From an uncultured Planctomycetaceae bacterium (GTDB lineage: Bacteria; Planctomycetota; Phycisphaerae; SM23-33), in assembly GCA_964427875.1 (NCBI GenBank), contig CAYRVX010000021.1:629-64628 (forward strand): a DNA stretch of 64,000 bases. The letters are read 5' to 3'. Position numbers and translations under genes: made by a program. Shown piece after piece: positions 57,971-64,000 of this stretch. The notes under the pieces are model-generated. The model was not told the DNA's origin. It ran no database searches and was given only the letters and a program-made list of their open reading frames with translations. Within the stretch, counting starts at the first letter, position 1, and each line of letters starts with the position of its first letter.

Positions 57971-60244
57971 ATGAACCGCGCGAACATGGCCGTCCGGGGC
58001 TGGCTGGTCGTGGTGGGGCTCATCACCTGCCCCCTGGCCGCACAGACCGACGAGGAGACCACCACGCGGCCGGCGACCAAGCACGCCGTGGATGTGGCCC
58101 AACAGCGGTGGACGAGGGTCCAGTTCACCGATCTCACCGCCAGAATGGTCAAATTGGCCGACCTCCTCGAGAAGGCCGAGCCGCAGACCGCCAAGGTCCT
58201 CAGAGAGGCCGTCAGCCAGGCCCAGAGGGCCTTCATCGCCGAAGACATGGAAAAGGTCGCCAAGTACCTCTCAGACGGCCTGGCCTCCGCGGCCGCAAGC
58301 ACCGAAACCGAGGTCATCGAGGAACTCAGAAAGGTTCTCCAGACCCTGCGACACGGCATCCTCGACCTCGACGAGCGGCTCGAACGCCTCAAGAGGTGGC
58401 AGGAGTTCCTCGGCAAGATCGACGAGCTGCTGGAAAAGCAGAAGCCGCTGGAGCGCCAGTCGAACCTGGCCGACAAGGCCGGCGAGTTCGGCAAGAAGAT
58501 GGACCAGCTCGCCGGGCAGCTCTCGGACATCGTCGCCGAGCAGAAGAAACTCCGGGCCCAGACGAGCAAGCTGCCTCAGCCGGAACCGGGCGTGCGGGAG
58601 CTGCTGGGCATCCGCAAGAAGATCCGCGAGATCATCGCGCGGCAGACGGCGCTTCAGGGCGCGACGAAGACCGCGCCCATCGACAAGCTGCCGATCACCG
58701 GGCAGCTCCAGAAGCAGCTCGCCGGCTCGACGGACGGCGTGGCCAAGCGGCTTTCCGCGGCGGCCGGCAACGCGAAGCTCGCCAAGGCACTCGGCGGCGG
58801 CGGGGCCGGCAAGAAGCTCGCCTCGGCGGCGGCCGGCGCCAAGGCCGCCGGCGGCGAGATGAAAAAGGCCGCCGACGCGCTGGGAAGGTCCGACCCCGCC
58901 AAGGCGGCCGATCCGCAAGAGCAGGCCCTCGTCGATCTCAAGAACGCCGCAAAGGCCATCGACGACGCCCTGGCCAAGGTGGCCGGACGCGGCGAGGCCC
59001 CCGGGCTCGCAAAAAGGCAGGATGAACTCTCCGGAAAGACAAGCGAACTGGCCCGGGCGATGGACGACCTGGCCAGAGAAGCCGGGATGAGCTCGCAGGG
59101 CAAGCCCGGCCCTTCCGGCAAGCCCGCCTCCGATGGAAAGTCGGGAAACCTGAACCGGGCGGCCGAGCACATGAAAAACGCCGCCGGGGAGTTGGGCGAC
59201 CGCGACCCCCCCAAGGCCGTGAAGCACCAGGATAAGGCCCTGGAGGAGCTGGAGGCCAAGGAGTACGAGATCGCCCGGTTGAAGCGGCGGATGATGGAAA
59301 AGGCCCGCCAGCCGATGGACAAGCAGGCCCAGGAACAGTCGCAGTTGGCCGAGAGGACCGACAAGCTCGACAAGCAGATGAAGGCCGAGGAGGACACGCC
59401 GGGGAACAAGCCGGTCGGCTCGGCCGCCAAGTCCATGGGCGGGGCGTCGAAGAAGCTCTCGCAGGGCCAGGCCGGCGGGGCAAACGTTGGCCAGAAGAAG
59501 GCCATCGACGAGCTGGAGAGGGCCCGTCAGGAGCTGGCCGAGGCGGTCCAGGAGGAGCAGGAGATCGCCCAGGCCGAGCAACTGGCCAAGATCGACCAGA
59601 TGCTCCAGAAGATTCTCGATCGGCAGGTGAAGATCTCCACGGAGACCAAGGTGGTCTACGGCAAGCGAGCCAAGGCCGACCCGCCCTACGCGCGAAGCGA
59701 GCAGATCAGGCTCAACGAGATGTCCAACGGTGAGGGGCGCCTCGCGGAAGAGACCAAGAAGGTCCGCGACATGCTCGTGAAGGAAGGCAACAGCGTCGTC
59801 TTCCCCGAGGTGCTCAAGGAGGTCCGGGGTGATCTCCAGGACGTGCAGAAACTCCTCGACGCCCGCGACGCCGGGCCGTTTACGCAGGGCGTGCAGAAGG
59901 AAATCGAGCGCAGCCTCCAGGACATGATCGACTCGATCCGCAAGGAGCTCGCCGATCGCCGCAGGAAGACCGGCGGGGGCGGAGGAGGCGGCGGAGGCGG
60001 AGGCGGCAAACAGCCCCTCGTTCCGCCCATCGCGGAGTGGAAGATGATCCGCATGCTCCAGTTGGCCGTCAACCGCCGGACGAGAGACCTGAACAAGCAG
60101 GTGGTCGACAAGAAGCTGGCCGACGAGAAGGCCACTATGGAACACAAGAAACTCGCTCGCCGGCAGGAGGCCGTTCGGAACATGGTCGGTAAGCTCAACA
60201 AGAAGATGGCCCGCCGGCGCCCGGCCCCCGGGGGCGGGATGTGA
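57971..60244 (+). CDS. Exported long coiled-coil protein (DUF4175-like helical repeats)
   Basis: AAGGAG RBS, signal peptide, repeated M..A...L.......A...Q..AL..L modules, Gly12 linker, PLVPPIAEWKMIR. Confidence 0.78.
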   Translation: MNRANMAVRGWLVVVGLITCPLAAQTDEETTTRPATKHAVDVAQQRWTRVQFTDLTARMVKLADLLEKAEPQTAKVLREAVSQAQRAFIAEDMEKVAKYLSDGLASAAASTETEVIEELRKVLQTLRHGILDLDERLERLKRWQEFLGKIDELLEKQKPLERQSNLADKAGEFGKKMDQLAGQLSDIVAEQKKLRAQTSKLPQPEPGVRELLGIRKKIREIIARQTALQGATKTAPIDKLPITGQLQKQLAGSTDGVAKRLSAAAGNAKLAKALGGGGAGKKLASAAAGAKAAGGEMKKAADALGRSDPAKAADPQEQALVDLKNAAKAIDDALAKVAGRGEAPGLAKRQDELSGKTSELARAMDDLAREAGMSSQGKPGPSGKPASDGKSGNLNRAAEHMKNAAGELGDRDPPKAVKHQDKALEELEAKEYEIARLKRRMMEKARQPMDKQAQEQSQLAERTDKLDKQMKAEEDTPGNKPVGSAAKSMGGASKKLSQGQAGGANVGQKKAIDELERARQELAEAVQEEQEIAQAEQLAKIDQMLQKILDRQVKISTETKVVYGKRAKADPPYARSEQIRLNEMSNGEGRLAEETKKVRDMLVKEGNSVVFPEVLKEVRGDLQDVQKLLDARDAGPFTQGVQKEIERSLQDMIDSIRKELADRRRKTGGGGGGGGGGGGKQPLVPPIAEWKMIRMLQLAVNRRTRDLNKQVVDKKLADEKATMEHKKLARRQEAVRNMVGKLNKKMARRRPAPGGGM

Positions 60245-60301
60245 GCGAAGGGAGAGCATCGCGCCGGGATTGCCGAACGCGCATGCATGATGCCAATCTG
60301 G

Positions 60302-60307
60302 TATAAT
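60302..60307 (+). promoter_or_regulatory. Possible internal extended -10 promoter
   Basis: TG-G-TATAAT 24 bp upstream of ATG 60332, followed by an AGGAG RBS. Confidence 0.4.
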
Positions 60308-60331
60308 GAACATCCTCTCAGGAGCCCGACG

Positions 60332-61603
60332 ATGAAAACCAGGCGACTGATCCTTCACGTGTTACTGCCGGCTGCCGTTGCCTTCGCCCTCGCGCCGACC
60401 CGGGCGGCCCGCGCCGATCAGGACGACCCCAACGTCGGCCTCGGCCGGCCGGGAGCACTCGAAGGCGGCTCGGACCAGGACCGCGCCGCCGAGGAGGCGA
60501 CCGACGATCTGGAGAAGCTCCTGGAGGGGCTTAGCCCCGAAGCCATCGAGGAGCTGATCAAGACGGCCGTGCAGTCGCGCCTGAAGGTCGAGCGACAGCA
60601 GGCGGCCGAGGAGATGAAGGAAGACCTCCTGCTGGACCCGGAGGACATCGACGAGGCCGTCAAGATCCTCAACGACAAGCCGAAGAACACTCAGAAGGAC
60701 AACATCGACCGGATCCTGCGGGCCTTCGCCAAGGTGGACCCGCGGTTCGGCAAGGCCTGCGAGCTTCTTGCGGCGAAGAAGTACGCCGAGGCTCAAAAGG
60801 CCATCGAGAAGGACCTCAACGTCCAGGAGGCGACCTACCGCAACGCCGGGCGCTACACGCTGTACGCCCGCGCGCTCGCCGCCCAGGGCAAGGGCTACGA
60901 CGCCGTCGACGCCTACCAGAAGATCCTCGTGGGCATGGCGGATCGGATCAGCTTCGCCGCCGCAGCCGCCCTGGACTCCGCACGCATATACGAAGAGCTC
61001 GATCGGTTCACCTACGCGGCGCAGATGTACAGCTATGCCGTGACGAACTACGGCCTGACGCTGGACGACGAGGCGCTGAAGCTGATCGACGGCAAGGTCA
61101 AGGAGTACTCGCAGTTCGGCGAGGATCCGCTCGGCTGGGCCGGCAACATGATGGGCGACGTCAAGGAGCGGCTGGACGAGTCCGACAGCGGCAAGGAAAC
61201 CCAGGCCAAGGAGGACAAGATCGTCGCGGTCATCACGGACCTGATCAAGACGGCCGAGGAGAAGCAGCGGTGCGGCCAGTGCTCCGGCCAGCAGCAGCGG
61301 CAGAGGGGCAAGAAGCCCGGCCAGGGCCAGGCCCAGGCCGTCGGCGGGCGGAAAGGCCCCCCCAAGGGCGTCAACCAGCCGTCGAACCCCGCGCAGGTCA
61401 GCGCCCTGGTGCCCGGCGCGGTGGCCCGCCCCACGAAACGCAGCGAGATCCGCAATACCTCCGAGATCGGCGACTGGGCCCACCTGCCCCCGCGCGAGCG
61501 GCAGAAGCTCCAGCAGCTCCGCAGAAAGGTGATGTCCGAACGCTACCGAGACATCATCAGCAAGTATCGCACGAGGATCTCGCAGCGGCGGCCCAACGAA
61601 TAG
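60332..61603 (+). CDS. Exported TPR-like helical protein with C-terminal W.HLPPRER...YRDIISKY motif
   Basis: AxA signal peptide, TPR-like helices, Gln/Gly linker, conserved-looking helical tail. Confidence 0.75.
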   Translation: MKTRRLILHVLLPAAVAFALAPTRAARADQDDPNVGLGRPGALEGGSDQDRAAEEATDDLEKLLEGLSPEAIEELIKTAVQSRLKVERQQAAEEMKEDLLLDPEDIDEAVKILNDKPKNTQKDNIDRILRAFAKVDPRFGKACELLAAKKYAEAQKAIEKDLNVQEATYRNAGRYTLYARALAAQGKGYDAVDAYQKILVGMADRISFAAAAALDSARIYEELDRFTYAAQMYSYAVTNYGLTLDDEALKLIDGKVKEYSQFGEDPLGWAGNMMGDVKERLDESDSGKETQAKEDKIVAVITDLIKTAEEKQRCGQCSGQQQRQRGKKPGQGQAQAVGGRKGPPKGVNQPSNPAQVSALVPGAVARPTKRSEIRNTSEIGDWAHLPPRERQKLQQLRRKVMSERYRDIISKYRTRISQRRPNE

Positions 61604-61616
61604 GGGGACCGGCGCC

Positions 61617-62807
61617 TTGAGGAACGTCCTTGTCGGCAGCGCGATTCTTCTGGCCGGCGCCGCGGCCGGCGCCGGCGGCCGCGTCGAGACCATCGACGCA
61701 CGCATCCTCGAAGGCCAGGTCCTCAGCATCTCCGCCGAGCAGGTCGTCGTGAAGACCGGCAAGGGCAAACAGGCCCCCCCGCTCGCGGAGGTGCTCGAGA
61801 TCACCTTCGCCGACGCAGCCGACGCAATGAGCACCGTCGCCCAGCGCGCCGTGACTACTTCCCTCGGCGACCTCCTCGCCGTCAGGGACCTCGCCTTTGA
61901 CGGAAAGAGCCTGCAAGTAACCGGCTCCCTCCTTGGCCGCGCAGAACTGCCCATGGAAGTCGTCAGAGTGCTCCACCTGCCCGCAACCGGGCAGAGCCCT
62001 CGGGACATGGCGGACCGCCTCCGCGAGATGAAGCTCCCGGCCGCCTCCGGCGACCGGATGATCGTCTCCAGAAAGCCCAAGCAGCCGCTCGCCGTCGACG
62101 GGGTCCTCGAAGCCGTCGGGCCCGACAAGATCACGTTCCGGTGGAAGGGCAGCTCGCGGACCATCCCGCGGGACAGCGTTCCCATGATTAGCCTGGCCGC
62201 AGTGAGCACGGAGAGGCCCGAGCGGAGGGGCGTTCTTCTCGGCCGGGACGGCTCCCGGCTCGGCTTTAGCGCCCTGACGCTCCAGGGCAAGTTGATTAGC
62301 CTCGACTCCGCCGGCGTCGGGAAACACCAGATCCCGCTGGATCGCGTCGCCGCCATTCGCTTCGCGTCGAGCAGCGTGGTGAAGCTGGCGGACCTGAAGC
62401 CCGATGCCGTGAAGGAGCATGGCTACTTCGATACGACGTTCCACTACCGGGTGAACCGGTCCGTGGCGGGCCGGCCCCTGCGCCTGGGCGGGCGGACTTA
62501 CCGCACCGGGCTCGGGCTGCACAGCTTCTGCGAACTGACCTACCGGCTCGACGGGCGATACTCCACCTTCGTGGCCACGGCCGGCATCGACGACGCCGTC
62601 CGCCCCAACGGCGACGCCGCGCTGAGCTTCCTCGGCGACGGCAAGCCGCTCGCCAAGCCCTTCCGGCTGACCGGCGGCGACCCGCCTCAGGCGGTGCGCA
62701 TCGACCTCACGGGCGTCAAGACGTTCGTCATCCGCGTGGAGTTCGGCCACGACGCGCTGGGGCTCTCGGACCACGTGGACCTCGCGGGGGCGAGGCTGAT
62801 CAAGTAG
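61617..62807 (+). CDS. Exported NPCBM/NEW2 domain protein
   Basis: TTG start, signal peptide; RSVAGRPLRLGGRTYRTGLGLHS, FVATAGIDD, DHVDLAGARLIK. Confidence 0.85.
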   Translation: MRNVLVGSAILLAGAAAGAGGRVETIDARILEGQVLSISAEQVVVKTGKGKQAPPLAEVLEITFADAADAMSTVAQRAVTTSLGDLLAVRDLAFDGKSLQVTGSLLGRAELPMEVVRVLHLPATGQSPRDMADRLREMKLPAASGDRMIVSRKPKQPLAVDGVLEAVGPDKITFRWKGSSRTIPRDSVPMISLAAVSTERPERRGVLLGRDGSRLGFSALTLQGKLISLDSAGVGKHQIPLDRVAAIRFASSSVVKLADLKPDAVKEHGYFDTTFHYRVNRSVAGRPLRLGGRTYRTGLGLHSFCELTYRLDGRYSTFVATAGIDDAVRPNGDAALSFLGDGKPLAKPFRLTGGDPPQAVRIDLTGVKTFVIRVEFGHDALGLSDHVDLAGARLIK

Positions 62808-62864
62808 GGCGGGAAGACTCGGCGGGCCTCTCCACGGGGCGGCCGGGGCCCTCGCGCGGGGCCT

Positions 62865-63437
62865 TCACCTTGGCCGATGCGACGCCCGCTCGCGCCGGTC
62901 GGGGAGCTTGCCAATGGGGCCGATCTTGAGCACGGGCTCTGCCTCGATCTCGCCGGCACCCAGGAGGCGCACCAGCCGCTCCAGCGAAGCCGCGGTCTGC
63001 TTCTGCTGCCGCTCGGAAAGCCGCCTCAATGCCCTTTGGAGGGAGTACTGCAACGGGTACGGCGCTTCGTCCACAAGCGCCCGGCCGGCATCGGTGGCAT
63101 TGACGTAGACGAGTCGGCGGTCCCTCGCGTCGCGGTGGCGCTCCACGAGCCCCTTGCCCTCGAGCCGATCCAGGATACCTACCATCGTGCTGGCGCTCAG
63201 ATGAACATGCCGGGCGATCCCCGTGGCGGTGAGGGGCCCTTTCTCCGCGATCGTGATCAGGGAGACCAGTTGAGGCCCGGTTATTCTGTGCTCGGTGGCC
63301 AGTTTCCGCGAGTCCATGTCAATGCGCCGGATGATCTGCCTGACCGCGTAAAGGATCCGAAGATCGTATCGGTCCTCGGAAACTCCCGGCCCTGCCGGCT
63401 GGCCGCCCGGCAGGGCTTCATTCGGGGTCTTTGCCAA
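62865..63437 (-). CDS. MarR family transcriptional regulator
   Basis: TTG start with AAGGAG RBS; VRQIIRRIDMDSRKL...ITGPQL, LSASTMVGILDRLEGKGLVER.RD.RDRR. Confidence 0.9.
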   Translation of the reverse strand: MAKTPNEALPGGQPAGPGVSEDRYDLRILYAVRQIIRRIDMDSRKLATEHRITGPQLVSLITIAEKGPLTATGIARHVHLSASTMVGILDRLEGKGLVERHRDARDRRLVYVNATDAGRALVDEAPYPLQYSLQRALRRLSERQQKQTAASLERLVRLLGAGEIEAEPVLKIGPIGKLPDRRERASHRPR

Positions 63438-63572
63438 CGGATGATCTCCTTATGTCACTACTGCTCGAACAACTTCCTGTCCCGGACAACGTCCTCACAG
63501 AGCGGCCATTACTGGCCGAAGTGTCTCCCGCAAGCAAACTTGTTCCAAAACGCGGCCCTTTCTGAATTCGCC

Positions 63573-63601
63573 TTGATATGTCCTACTATAAGCATTATAA
63601 T
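63573..63601 (+). promoter_or_regulatory. Near-consensus sigma70 promoter
   Basis: TTGATA-N17-TATAAT in an AT-rich gap divergent from marR. Confidence 0.75.
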
Positions 63602-63657
63602 TCAAAACTTTCTAGCCGCAAGTATTTTTGGCGGCTTTCGCGAGTACAGCAGGCGGT

Positions 63658-63855
63658 ATAGGCGTCAAAGTCAAGCCACGACACAACGAACCGATCGCGA
63701 AAGCCTTGAAGCGGCTCAAGAGGACGCTGCAGAAGGAAGGGCAGCAACGGGAACTGATGAGGCACCGGTACCACGAAACGGAGAGCGTACGGCGCCGGCA
63801 CCAGCGGGCCAAGAATGCCCGAAGGGCTCGCACAAGGGCCCGGCAGGTCGGCTAG
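63658..63855 (+). CDS. rpsU: Divergent 30S ribosomal protein S21-like protein (ATA at the expected start; alternative TTG at 63628)
   Basis: GVKVKPRHNEPIAKALKRLKRTLQKEGQQRELMRHRYHETESVRRR follows the S21 pattern. Confidence 0.7.
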   Translation: MGVKVKPRHNEPIAKALKRLKRTLQKEGQQRELMRHRYHETESVRRRHQRAKNARRARTRARQVG

Positions 63856-63973
63856 CGCGGAGCAAAGGGAGTTCTGACCGGGTGCCCCGCGGCCCTGGGG
63901 CAACCGATCGAGGCCGGCCGATTCGCACGGGCGTGCGTGTGCGCCGGCCAATTAGAAAGGAGAAGGAACGAGG

Positions 63974-64000
63974 ATGACCGTTGCGAAACATAAGCAATTA
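63974..64000 (+). CDS. 5' fragment of the next gene (unknown product)
   Basis: ATG ACC GTT GCG AAA... after a purine-rich AAGGAGAAGGAACGAGG stretch; runs off the window. Confidence 0.45.

Noticed and set aside
59972-60007. GGN x12 tract as a phase-variable repeat
   Set aside because: Mixed synonymous codons encoding an in-frame poly-Gly linker.
62865-63437. ectR and an ectoine operon
   Set aside because: The MarR resembles EctR-type regulators, but no ect genes are visible within the window.

Overview
Very GC-rich (roughly 70% by eye) bacterial chromosomal segment. The gene content (Tat-exported sulfatases, a prepilin-like gene, DUF5060/DUF4038 proteins, a hydrazine-synthase-alpha-like heme/HEAT protein, PQQ-propeller proteins, a prenyltransferase-repeat/MoxR/DUF58/BatA/vWA operon) points to a Planctomycetota genome, probably Phycisphaerae; this is inference. 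About 43 real CDS; most long ORFs in the supplied track are GC-rich shadow frames. The left 37 kb is mostly carbohydrate/sulfate catabolism plus rplU and an M20 peptidase. Then come nadC-birA-membrane protein, a ~20.6 kb co-oriented MoxR/vWA envelope cluster (42222-62807), a MarR regulator and a divergent S21-like gene. No rRNA, tRNA, CRISPR, integrase or transposase was recognised. The most notable non-coding signals are: (1) a GxxExxY PD-(D/E)XK nuclease-like gene bracketed by 25-bp inverted repeats and inserted between DUF58 and BatA; (2) three co-oriented copies of a GGGACGCTAACC-N19-GGTTAGCGTCCC hairpin element in three consecutive intergenic gaps; (3) several other intergenic micro-repeat families (7-mer array, 9-mer array with a nested palindrome, REP-like doublet). 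All family assignments come from motif recognition by eye, not from database searches.
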